A stretch of DNA of 57,531 bases from an uncultured Candidatus Saccharibacteria bacterium. Lineage in GTDB: Bacteria; Patescibacteriota; UBA1384; XYA2-FULL-43-10; 1-14-0-10-43-13. Below the pieces are notes generated by a model. It had not been told where the DNA came from, searched no databases, and saw nothing but the letters and a program-made list of their open reading frames with translations. How positions within the stretch are numbered: position 1 is the first letter of the stretch; every line of letters starts with the position of its first letter. The stretch covers positions 10,367-67,897 of the forward strand of contig CAYQPT010000001.1 in NCBI GenBank assembly GCA_964419835.1. Direction: 5' to 3'. A program made the translations under genes and the position numbers. Positions 10,383-19,651 of the stretch are shown piece after piece.

Positions 10383-11069
10383 ATGACAACCGAAGATTAT
10401 AATCTGGCCCAATTTCTATTTGATGTAGCAACTGCATTAATCGGTTTTTTATTGGGCGGCGGGGCAGGGCTAATTTTGGAATATAAGTTCAACATCATAC
10501 GAAATATCAACCAAAGATTTAATCAAGGAGAAAAAAATAATCTAATTACTGCCGCAGAGAACTCTACTGTAGAAAACCAATATTCCGGTGAAAGTTCTCT
10601 AGAACAAAGTAGTAATGGAGTTCAAGCAGTTGTTAAAGATTGTCCAGGTGCAAACATTAGCATAGGGACCAAAATCTCTACTTCCGACGATGCATTAGGC
10701 GACCCAGATTGTACCAATACATCTCAAGTAGTTGATCTAAGGGCAGAAGCAGATTTTTTACATTTAGAAATCAGTAAATTTTTTAGAAAGAACGGTCAAG
10801 AATACGATACCAAATACGATTATGGTGTTGCAGAAACTTACAAAAGCAAAAATCAAAATCGTCCTGCTGCAACTTTATATATTAGAGTATTTGGTCCCTT
10901 GATTGATCTATTGAATCAAACAAACAATATCAATTATGCAACTAGCCTAGATGGTGAGTTGAATAAATTAAGATCTTTAAGCATTGATGGTGCGAGCACT
11001 GAAAATCTAAATTCGATTATTGAGCGTATTGAAAAAATTCTTTACGAATTCTTTGGGGAGCTTCGATGA
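10383..11069 (+). CDS. hypothetical protein with one N-terminal TM helix
   Basis: ALIGFLLGGGAGLIL hydrophobic segment. 4-bp overlap with the next gene. Confidence 0.45.
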   Translation: MTTEDYNLAQFLFDVATALIGFLLGGGAGLILEYKFNIIRNINQRFNQGEKNNLITAAENSTVENQYSGESSLEQSSNGVQAVVKDCPGANISIGTKISTSDDALGDPDCTNTSQVVDLRAEADFLHLEISKFFRKNGQEYDTKYDYGVAETYKSKNQNRPAATLYIRVFGPLIDLLNQTNNINYATSLDGELNKLRSLSIDGASTENLNSIIERIEKILYEFFGELR

Positions 11070-14000
11070 ATCAAATTAAAATTCATAAAAAAATTGATTT
11101 GTTTCTCACATCCCCTTCTAAAGAAATCGATATTGCTGAATGGAAACATTTACTTTCTCAAAATTTCGATGCCAGAAACTATCTTTTCTTTAAAGCGGAT
11201 GAATGTTGGGTTGATTGGTTTTGGAAACATGGTTTTTTGGATGTAATAAAACAAAAGCCTGATGATTCTGGGCAAAATTTGTATAGAATGCCTGAGTTAT
11301 TTTATTTAGCTAGGATGGTTGATAAAGTTCCTTGCAAGGTCGTAAAAATACTTCTGAACATTCCGATTAATAAAGAGAACTTTAATCCTGAGGTTGTAGA
11401 TCAATTCTTGCGAATTTGCAGCGACCTACCGGCAAAAGAACTTGTTAAAATTATTCCTAAAATTTATTCAGAAAACTGGGTTAGATTATTCAATTCCAGA
11501 ATTTTTGAGTTTGAGTATCAGCAGATCTTCAACAAATTACTGGGCGATAAAGAATACAGTAGTATCTTACTGCTTTCTGATATTATTTTATCAATCAAGA
11601 CAAAGGAAGAATTAAGTAAAGAAAATGGGGAGACTAATTTTGAAAGCCCTTTTTATATAAACGATCTTTCATATACAAACGTCTTTCAGAGCTTGATATC
11701 TGTTGGTGATGAATGGGTTGAAAAAACAATTGAACTGGTTCTGGATAAGATGAAAGAAATAGTACTACTTGGCAAAAAGACAGAAGAGGGATCTTGCTTT
11801 AAAATAGAAGATTTATTTTATCTTTATAACCTAGATTTTTTTACTGCCGAGATCACAAGAGGCCATTCAACTTATCGGGAAAGCATGTATGAATTATCGG
11901 CAGTAATTAGCAAACTGACTGTAAGGTTGATTAATCTAAATAAAGATAATAAAGAAAAACTGGAAGATATTTATGATAAATTTATTCGGCCTCTACCTGA
12001 TAGCAGATTAGTCTGGCATTTACGCTTGTATATTATGAGCCTGGCCCCTGAGGCCTACAAGGATATAATTTATAGTGCTATTTTTAGATTATTTGAGACT
12101 GACGATTATTCTGAGATTACTTCAGGTGCCGAGTATAAGAAATTACTTCAAAAGGCCTTTTATGTTTTATCTGAAGAGGAACGAAATGAATACGCAGAAG
12201 ATGTGATCAGCTATTTTTTAGACGCAATAAAAAAAGAAGCCGATAAAGATAAAAGTTATGCAGAGCTTAGAGGGTCTGAAATATTATCAATTATTTCGAA
12301 ATTCATTGATTTACAGATCGTTAAAAAAGCAAAAAAAGCTGGCTTTAAGATCAATTTAAAGGTCAAGCCAAGACCAAGTATCGGACCGGTTATTAGCGGA
12401 TCCGTTGTTGATCAATCACCTGTTGATCAAGAGGCGCTAAACAAATTAACAATAGAAGAAATTTGCAAAAATCTTAAAGAAGAATGGTCTCCTGAGAGTC
12501 TTGTAGAAAAATTTAAAACTGACGACTTTTTTAATCGTAGAAATGCGGAAGGCCTAGCAAGAGCAATACAGGAAAACATTAAAGGAAGATTGCTGGAATA
12601 TGTAGATAACTCAGTTCTATTTTTTGATCCTGAAAAGATTGACCTCCACTACACTTATTCATTTGTTCGAGGCATCCAAGACATGATCAAGAATAACCGA
12701 GACTCGATCGCAAAAACAGATTGGAATAATTTTTTTGAATTCTGTTTCATTGTAATTGATTACTGCAAGAAAGAAGAATTTACTAAAGAACAACGTGAAA
12801 GAGAAGTACATCATGGTTGGCTAGCCGGTTGGGACGCAGTTCACACTGGAATCGTCGATACGATTCAAGAGTTGATTAAGGATGAGGGTGATAAATATTC
12901 GGGTTTCTTTGATCGATATCGTTATCAATATTTAAGCATTATAGAGTTTATGCTTGGATATCCGGACCCAGAACCAAAGGACGAAGAAATAGAAACTGCT
13001 TCCTCAACTACTAAATCGCCAGGTGACAAGAATGCATATATACAGGATCCTTTTATGATGGCAATCAACTCTGTACGAGGCAGGGCTTTCGAAGCCTTGG
13101 TTTCATTTTCTTACCAAGATGGAAAGAAGTATGCCAAAAAAGATGCAATCAAAATTTCAGAGGATGTTAAACAAATATATGAAAATACATTGTTACAGGA
13201 AAAAACCCGGGCAATAAGATTTATGTTTGGTCGCTATATCCCCTCATTTTACTATCGAGATAAAGATTGGATTTATAAATTATTGCCAGAAATATTTCCG
13301 AGTGATTCAGAAAAAAAGTATCTCTACATTTCTGCATGGGAAGGATATCTTTCAAATAATTTATACACTGAAATTTTCTTCGATCAGTTATTCGAGCAAT
13401 TGTATGAAAGAGGCCTGGATATTGAAGATTCTTCATTGCCATCCCAAAAGCATTTTAAAGATCCTGACGAAGGATTGGCCGTGCATCTTGCATTGGCATA
13501 CATATTTTTTAAGGATTTTGATCAAAATCAGAAATTATTTAAAAAGTTTTGGTCTAAAGATATTCCTAAGCAGCATGCTGACTTCATAAACTTTATCGGC
13601 AGGTCATTTATTTCAGGCAATAATTCAGGAATGGACAAGCACCTAAGCGAAGAGAGGTGGCCTAGGGAAAGAATAAAAGAATTATGGGATTGGATGCTCG
13701 ATAATTATTTTAATGAGGATATTTTTATCCAGTTTGGTTTCTGGGTTAATTTAGAAAAAGAGATATTTGATGTAGTTTGGCTTGCTAAGCGAGTAAGAAA
13801 AACATTGGAAAAAACCGGTGGTGTTTTGGAATGGGAGCATGGCCTTTCTAAATCTATTTCATGCATTGCAAAAGAGGTGCCAGAAGAAGCTCTGAAAATT
13901 ATAAAACTATTCCTTTTAGAAAATATAGTGCGTCAAAAAAATGGTAATCGTTTCCCGTTGGAAGACGAATGGTTTGAAGCGCTAAAGGCAATCTATCAGC

Positions 14001-14131
14001 ATACTGATAATGCGACTAAAACTGATATTTACCAGCTTATTAATAATTTGATTCTTGAGGGTGGAAGTTCTTTTTGGAAATTCGAGGAGATAGTTAAGGA
14101 AGGTATCGACGATGCAAATATCAAAATCTGA
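11066..14131 (+). CDS. large hypothetical protein (1021 aa), probably alpha-helical repeat
   Basis: Uninterrupted 3-kb ORF, overlapped at both ends by neighbours. No catalytic motif recognised. Confidence 0.6.
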   Translation: MNQIKIHKKIDLFLTSPSKEIDIAEWKHLLSQNFDARNYLFFKADECWVDWFWKHGFLDVIKQKPDDSGQNLYRMPELFYLARMVDKVPCKVVKILLNIPINKENFNPEVVDQFLRICSDLPAKELVKIIPKIYSENWVRLFNSRIFEFEYQQIFNKLLGDKEYSSILLLSDIILSIKTKEELSKENGETNFESPFYINDLSYTNVFQSLISVGDEWVEKTIELVLDKMKEIVLLGKKTEEGSCFKIEDLFYLYNLDFFTAEITRGHSTYRESMYELSAVISKLTVRLINLNKDNKEKLEDIYDKFIRPLPDSRLVWHLRLYIMSLAPEAYKDIIYSAIFRLFETDDYSEITSGAEYKKLLQKAFYVLSEEERNEYAEDVISYFLDAIKKEADKDKSYAELRGSEILSIISKFIDLQIVKKAKKAGFKINLKVKPRPSIGPVISGSVVDQSPVDQEALNKLTIEEICKNLKEEWSPESLVEKFKTDDFFNRRNAEGLARAIQENIKGRLLEYVDNSVLFFDPEKIDLHYTYSFVRGIQDMIKNNRDSIAKTDWNNFFEFCFIVIDYCKKEEFTKEQREREVHHGWLAGWDAVHTGIVDTIQELIKDEGDKYSGFFDRYRYQYLSIIEFMLGYPDPEPKDEEIETASSTTKSPGDKNAYIQDPFMMAINSVRGRAFEALVSFSYQDGKKYAKKDAIKISEDVKQIYENTLLQEKTRAIRFMFGRYIPSFYYRDKDWIYKLLPEIFPSDSEKKYLYISAWEGYLSNNLYTEIFFDQLFEQLYERGLDIEDSSLPSQKHFKDPDEGLAVHLALAYIFFKDFDQNQKLFKKFWSKDIPKQHADFINFIGRSFISGNNSGMDKHLSEERWPRERIKELWDWMLDNYFNEDIFIQFGFWVNLEKEIFDVVWLAKRVRKTLEKTGGVLEWEHGLSKSISCIAKEVPEEALKIIKLFLLENIVRQKNGNRFPLEDEWFEALKAIYQHTDNATKTDIYQLINNLILEGGSSFWKFEEIVKEGIDDANIKI

Positions 14132-15587
14132 TTACATGCTGTTTTTGCGACATCCTGCTTGGTTGTGGTTGAAAAAGCACGACAAAGACAAACTGCCACC
14201 TATTGATGAAGACACTCAGGCAATCTTTGATGCTGGTTTTTTGTTTGAATCATATGCAGAGCAGTTGTTCCCAGATGCGGTCAAGCTTGGATTCGATGGC
14301 TACCGAGAGTATTTGAGCCTGACTCGAAGAACTAAAGAAGCGATTGAGAGCGGAGTAAAGACTATTATTCAGGCACGATTCGAGGCTGGCGAAATTACCT
14401 GCATTTGCGATGTGATCGTTAAGGCAGCCGATAATACTTTTGATCTTTACGAAATCAAGTCAAGCACAAGCGCAAAGCCGGAACATGAGCCCGATTTAGC
14501 ATTTCAAAAAGAGGTTTTAGAACAGTGCGGTTACAACATTAGCAAAGTCTTTGTCGTTCATTGTGATAGTGATTATGTTAGAAACGGCGAAGTCAAAGCA
14601 GGTGAGCTTTGCAAAATATGCGAAGTTACCGATCGAGTCAATGAGCTGAAAGATTTTACAAAGGAAAATATTAAAAAAGCGCTCGAATGTGTAAGCAAAA
14701 AAGAATGCCCCGATATTTCGCCTTGCCACACCAAGCTTGGTGCTTTTGGGGACTGGCTTTCGATCTACAAGACACTGGCGAATGTTGATGAATATAGCAT
14801 TTACCATTTATGTTCACCTGGCGCTCAAAAGATTGGTGATCTTGAGTCACTAGGGATTAAGCGGCTTTGCGACATTCCAGACAATTTTCATCTAAACGAA
14901 AAACAACTGCGACAAGTAACTGCAACCAAAACGGGAGAGGTCTTAGCCGACAAGAGCCGAATCAAAGAATTTTTAGAAAAGCTCGAGTTTCCACTATATT
15001 TTCTTGATTACGAAACTCTTTCAAGTGTAGTGCCATATTTCGATGGACTTGGGCCATATAAGCAATTGCCGTTCCAATATTCTTTGCATGTTCTGGAGTC
15101 TCCTGAGAGCGAATTGAAGCATTTCGAATATTTACATGATGCTAACTCTAATCCAGTCCGACCGCTTACCGAAGCACTGAAATCACAGATAGGAACAGAG
15201 GGTACTGTGCTAGTCTGGTTTGAAGGCTTTGAGAAAACCTGCAACGAACTGATGGGTAAAATATTACCGGAGTATGAGGAATTTTACAAAAGAGTAAACG
15301 ATCGAGTTGTTGATTTGATGCGCCCTTTTGCAGATGGCGCTTATGTTCATAAAGATTTTTTCGGCAGTGCCTCAATCAAAAAAGTTTTGCCTGTATTAAT
15401 TCCAGAGTTATCATACAAAGACCTTGATATACATGCTGGTGGAGCCGCACAAAGATTGTGGATGGAGGCGGTGCTTGACTGTAAACGAGAAGCCGAAAAA
15501 GATAAAATTTTAAAGGATCTTCTCAAATATTGTGAACTTGATACTCTCGCCATGGTTCGGATTTATCAATTTTTAACTGACCTATAA
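14112..15587 (+). CDS. DUF2779 protein (RecB/Cas4-like PD-(D/E)XK N-domain plus RNase-H-like exonuclease C-domain)
   Basis: N-terminal ISKSDYMLFLRHPAWLWL signature, DLYEIKSST nuclease motif, YFLDYETL ... PFQYSLH exonuclease-like motif. Confidence 0.6.
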   Translation: MQISKSDYMLFLRHPAWLWLKKHDKDKLPPIDEDTQAIFDAGFLFESYAEQLFPDAVKLGFDGYREYLSLTRRTKEAIESGVKTIIQARFEAGEITCICDVIVKAADNTFDLYEIKSSTSAKPEHEPDLAFQKEVLEQCGYNISKVFVVHCDSDYVRNGEVKAGELCKICEVTDRVNELKDFTKENIKKALECVSKKECPDISPCHTKLGAFGDWLSIYKTLANVDEYSIYHLCSPGAQKIGDLESLGIKRLCDIPDNFHLNEKQLRQVTATKTGEVLADKSRIKEFLEKLEFPLYFLDYETLSSVVPYFDGLGPYKQLPFQYSLHVLESPESELKHFEYLHDANSNPVRPLTEALKSQIGTEGTVLVWFEGFEKTCNELMGKILPEYEEFYKRVNDRVVDLMRPFADGAYVHKDFFGSASIKKVLPVLIPELSYKDLDIHAGGAAQRLWMEAVLDCKREAEKDKILKDLLKYCELDTLAMVRIYQFLTDL

Positions 15588-15588
15588 G

Positions 15589-16581
15589 ATGAAAGCACTA
15601 TTAGCATTTATCGTTCTACTTATCGGACTTCTCATATTTACCTATTATTGGGTGAATACTACTCGTTTCAATGGGATGGTACCGGCAACATTCTTTAGGA
15701 GTAAACCGAGGAGAGTGTCTTTGGTTGTGTTTTTCGTAATCTGTACTCTCTATTCTGCCTATTTATTTCAAATTGCCGATTGGGGCTATGGCTTTACGAT
15801 TATGCTGATCTTTTTTTACATTCTAGGCTATTTTATTATTGCTGAAGGAATCAGACAGAACACCATGATTGAAAAGGTTTTTAGATCATATCACGCTTTT
15901 TCTTTACCCGATGTTGGATTCAAGAAAAAAGACCTTTTGCCAAATACTGCCGGATTTGCGATGGAGTGGATGGGTTATTCAAAACAGACGGTTGAAAAGG
16001 CAATGGAATATATAAAAGGCGAAATCAAAGATAACAAGATTAACGATGTTTTCGATATACCCTCGGCGATTGCGACTTACTTTAACGCTTTGGTGAATTC
16101 GAAAGATCCTAAAAATTTCGAGAAAGTAGTATTTACAAGAGAACGACTAGAGCGTATTTATAACCGAATTTATAAGGGCATAGATGACCGGAGCAAATTA
16201 AGGAAAATGTATGACGACTTTGTCATAGTCGTTGACCGAAATTTTAAAAGTTTCTCCCTTTTCTCTTTGCAGCAGCCCAATTTCGCTAACGAAGAAGTTG
16301 AGCTTAGAGAGCACGCGATGTACACAAAAGGAAAGAATAAAGAGCCAGAACACAAGATACTCGCAATGTTTACAGGAGTGCCTGGTAATTTAGCCTACAA
16401 ATTCGGCTGGGTTAATTCTCTTGAGGAATACATGATCTTGGCCAATCTGGAATTTGCAAGACGAAATCCTGGTCATTATTTGTCAAAGAAGATTCGGAAA
16501 AAGTATAAATTTACCGATCAAGAAATCCAAGATTTTGCCGAGGGGGCAGAACTACCCAAGGGCTTGAGATTCGACCTATAA
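15589..16581 (+). CDS. hypothetical membrane protein (about 3 N-terminal TM helices)
   Basis: Hydrophobic N-terminus. Starts 1 nt after the upstream stop. Confidence 0.5.
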   Translation: MKALLAFIVLLIGLLIFTYYWVNTTRFNGMVPATFFRSKPRRVSLVVFFVICTLYSAYLFQIADWGYGFTIMLIFFYILGYFIIAEGIRQNTMIEKVFRSYHAFSLPDVGFKKKDLLPNTAGFAMEWMGYSKQTVEKAMEYIKGEIKDNKINDVFDIPSAIATYFNALVNSKDPKNFEKVVFTRERLERIYNRIYKGIDDRSKLRKMYDDFVIVVDRNFKSFSLFSLQQPNFANEEVELREHAMYTKGKNKEPEHKILAMFTGVPGNLAYKFGWVNSLEEYMILANLEFARRNPGHYLSKKIRKKYKFTDQEIQDFAEGAELPKGLRFDL

Positions 16582-16596
16582 GCCCTCTATCAATTA

Positions 16597-17691
16597 ATGT
16601 TTTATAGTATTAGTTATTTCCATATATATTTGGTATACTATAGCCAAATGAAAGACCAAAAAAGGAAAATTAAAGAACATATTGAGGTTGTCAAATCTTG
16701 GAGATATTATCGCTATCTTTTTTGGTGTTCGATCCTATTTATAATGTTTTTGTTTTCTGCTGGTTCAATCCTTGCCTACAATAAAATTTTTGTACCAAAA
16801 GTAAGTACCGAGGAGCAAAAGGATGATTTAAAAAAGCAAGAAGAGTTGAGCATTGAACCGATTGCACAAGAAAGCCAAACTCCGACTCCAACAGATGTAA
16901 TCGATTCTCAGACAAATGCAAATTCTAATCCGACCATTGCAAAGAATAGTTCTGTATCTTCAACAACTACTCCGAGCGAACCAATTAAACCATCGGCTTG
17001 CTTCAATTATTCTAGCTCAGATGTATTCGGTGCAGACGTCTATTACTTTGGAAGACCAATTGTTCTGGATGCTGGTTGCACCCAAGACGCTAAAGAATAT
17101 TTATGGTATTTCAATGACAAACTGTTATCTGGTCTAGGACAAAAAATGACAACGAGCTTTAAAGCTTGGACTAGAGTTAATGAATCCGATGTAGTTGAAG
17201 GAAGAATCAAACTCATTGTAAATGGCAATAACGGACTTACAAATAGCACAGAAAGAGTTATTAAGCTAAAAACTGTTCCAAGAACAGAGATTTGCTTTAC
17301 TCCGACTGGGGCGCAAAAACACAATATAGCCTTTAATGAGAATGTAGTTTTCTCTATGTCTTGCACCAAAGAAAATTCTGAGAACCCGGTCACAAAGTAT
17401 TATTGGGAATTCAGGGATGGTACATCTGATAATCCAATAAGATTAGAGGGGAAAGAAGTATCTCACGCTTTTACTAAATTTGCTAATAGTTTCTCGGGGG
17501 GCAACTCGGGCGATGACTTCTATAAAGGTTTCTCCGTATCTGCTGGAATAGAATTGAAAATGGGAGGCGGTGGAAACGCTACGGATTTTTATTTTCCCAA
17601 ACAAAGCGATCCCGTGGTGCTGAACCTGCTGAATTACATGAGAAACAACCACAAGGATATTGATCAAGCGATTGTAGACCTCAATCTTTAA
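16597..17691 (+). CDS. membrane-anchored secreted protein with S/T-rich linker and two PKD-like repeats
   Basis: TM segment, then repeats ending in YLWYFND and YYWEFRDGT (PKD-like WxFGDG pattern). Start may be the ATG at 16648 (MKDQKRK). Confidence 0.55.
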   Translation: MFYSISYFHIYLVYYSQMKDQKRKIKEHIEVVKSWRYYRYLFWCSILFIMFLFSAGSILAYNKIFVPKVSTEEQKDDLKKQEELSIEPIAQESQTPTPTDVIDSQTNANSNPTIAKNSSVSSTTTPSEPIKPSACFNYSSSDVFGADVYYFGRPIVLDAGCTQDAKEYLWYFNDKLLSGLGQKMTTSFKAWTRVNESDVVEGRIKLIVNGNNGLTNSTERVIKLKTVPRTEICFTPTGAQKHNIAFNENVVFSMSCTKENSENPVTKYYWEFRDGTSDNPIRLEGKEVSHAFTKFANSFSGGNSGDDFYKGFSVSAGIELKMGGGGNATDFYFPKQSDPVVLNLLNYMRNNHKDIDQAIVDLNL

Positions 17692-17797
17692 TTTTAATAA
17701 TCTCCAAGCTTGTCAGTAATATAAATACGAACTCCATATTAATTCGATTTTTGTCCTTTTTCTTTTGATCTTTTTACTGTTAAGATAAGTATTGCTC

Positions 17798-17968
17798 ATG
17801 AAATACAAAGTTTGCGATAAATGCGGTGAAATTGTAACAAAAACCGGCTTCATTTCGAGTTCGCCAATAACGAAAGAATCCGGCCGTTTTGCTAAATGTA
17901 ATAATAGAGCGTGTGCTAAATATTTTCCTCAACATCAATACGAAAAGTTGAGCGATAAAGAGTTTTAA
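17798..17968 (+). CDS. possible 56-aa zinc-ribbon protein (below the ORF-track cutoff)
   Basis: ATG..TAA ORF: MKYKVCDKCGEIV...KCNNRACAKYF, with a CxxC plus CxxxC pair. Fills an otherwise empty 270-bp gap. Confidence 0.3.
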   Translation: MKYKVCDKCGEIVTKTGFISSSPITKESGRFAKCNNRACAKYFPQHQYEKLSDKEF

Positions 17969-18651
17969 ATATTATCCTTTTCTTGATATAGCCGCTCCCA
18001 TTCCACATTGGGAACATTAAGACGACACATTGCCTCATCAATATTCTTGCGCAAGTTATCGTGTAATTTGATGGCATTTACTCTTTTGCCTCTTTTTCTT
18101 TTATCGGCATAGACTAAAAGATCGTCAATACATTTTTCTAACGACGCCTGAAAGCCCTCCTCGTACCACAAATTCCTAGTCAAATACTGCACAACCTGTC
18201 CAAGCTGATCTTTTGTTAGTTCAACGCCATAATGCAGTTGAAATAGCTTCCCAGTTTTTTCTTCAACAACTTGATTATAAGGAATACGAGTATGTGTCAC
18301 CATAATTGCCCGCATTTCCTTTGAAATTCTCTCTTTCTCTTTATAGGCAGTCATGACGAGTAAGCTTCTAGCTTCATCGTACGCTTCAGAAACTGGAATA
18401 TCTATTCCCCTAACCTCTTTAAGCAATTCTTTAAATTCTATTGCCATTTCTTCGGTAATGCGCCTAGGCGAGGCTGGCCCTTTGTCGTGAGTGATCCACC
18501 AATCAAGCTCTTTGATAAAATTCACCATTTTTACCAGTTCGGGCTTTGGTATGATAATATCATACTTATCTTTCATCATCTTCTTGGTTTGCTCAAGCTC
18601 TTCATCTGTTGGTTCAGAAATTTCAGGAGTATTTTTCTTGTTTTTAATCAT
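17965..18651 (-). CDS. hypothetical protein (228 aa), downstream partner of the PLD-like gene
   Basis: ORF 20 nt downstream of 18672-19385 on the same strand. No motif recognised. Confidence 0.5.
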   Translation of the reverse strand: MIKNKKNTPEISEPTDEELEQTKKMMKDKYDIIIPKPELVKMVNFIKELDWWITHDKGPASPRRITEEMAIEFKELLKEVRGIDIPVSEAYDEARSLLVMTAYKEKERISKEMRAIMVTHTRIPYNQVVEEKTGKLFQLHYGVELTKDQLGQVVQYLTRNLWYEEGFQASLEKCIDDLLVYADKRKRGKRVNAIKLHDNLRKNIDEAMCRLNVPNVEWERLYQEKDNI

Positions 18652-18671
18652 AATATTTCCTAGGGCGATTT

Positions 18672-19385
18672 TTATTTATTTAATATATCTATGCTCTTTA
18701 GTAATAATATCATAACTCGTGAAGCAGCCAATAGCCACCAAATTATCAACGGAATTGAAAGACCTAGTAAAAATACACGCAATTTCTGCTTAGAATTCCA
18801 CTGTGATTTATCAATCAAGTTATGACACAGTTTTTCGTATTTCAGCTTATAATCTTCTGCAAGCTTCTTACCCAATCCCAGATATTTGATGATTTCCAGT
18901 GCCGAGTCCTCGTATGGAATTCTTCTCATCATTTCCCTGCTTGTCCGTTGAGAAAGAATGTTTAGACTCCCTTCCCAGAGGATCTTGCGGTCAATTATCG
19001 CAACTTTCTCATGGATATGTCCTTCAAGATAAAAAATGCTCGCTCCGGCTTCCTCGTACTCTCGCAAGGCGCATGTAATTTCACCTCTCATCAGTAAATC
19101 GTGCTCCTCAAGCGGACGGGTAAAAATAAAGACATTGACGTTTCTTCTTTTGAGCTTTTCCATTGTTTTTTTAAAAAAATCTGACCTGAACTTAGATATG
19201 AATGGGCTGTATATGATTACTTCTTGTTTTGCTTCTAGCATATCTTTCACAAAGGCATGATAAAAGGTCTTTTCGTTGAATAATAGACTGGTTGGCGACT
19301 CATCTTCTTCCTCTAATTGCCCGGAATCGATTATTGCTTGCCTTCGTTTTAAATACGTTTTGAATGATGGTGTTTGTGCTAACAT
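18672..19385 (-). CDS. single-HKD phospholipase D/Nuc-family nuclease-like protein with C-terminal TM helix (paralogue of 44828-45568)
   Basis: Full HxK(x)4D(x)6GSxN signature HEKVAIIDRKILWEGSLN. C-terminal LLGLSIPLIIWWLLA segment. Confidence 0.7.
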   Translation of the reverse strand: MLAQTPSFKTYLKRRQAIIDSGQLEEEDESPTSLLFNEKTFYHAFVKDMLEAKQEVIIYSPFISKFRSDFFKKTMEKLKRRNVNVFIFTRPLEEHDLLMRGEITCALREYEEAGASIFYLEGHIHEKVAIIDRKILWEGSLNILSQRTSREMMRRIPYEDSALEIIKYLGLGKKLAEDYKLKYEKLCHNLIDKSQWNSKQKLRVFLLGLSIPLIIWWLLAASRVMILLLKSIDILNK

Positions 19386-19438
19386 ATTTCTCCCTAAGAT
19401 ATGGTTATTTATCGATAATTTTGCTATGCTGTTCGTGT

Positions 19439-19651
19439 ATGATTAATGACGAAAATAAATTGAAAAAGCTCGGCAATATGTTCAAAGAAGCCAGAGAAAA
19501 AGCGCATCTGAAACAATCGGATGTTGCTACTGCTGCTGGTGTGAACGCCAATTATTACGCTCAGATCGAACGTGGTGAAATTAATCTGTCGTACGACAAA
19601 TTGCAAAGCATAGCAAAAGCCCTCAATATCAAATCTATTGATGTTTCGTAG
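19439..19651 (+). CDS. XRE-family helix-turn-helix regulator (70 aa)
   Basis: LKQSDVATAAGVNANYYAQIERGE HTH_3 pattern. Divergent from the PLD gene. Start taken at the internal ATG (MINDENK) rather than the ORF-track start. Confidence 0.75.
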   Translation: MINDENKLKKLGNMFKEAREKAHLKQSDVATAAGVNANYYAQIERGEINLSYDKLQSIAKALNIKSIDVS

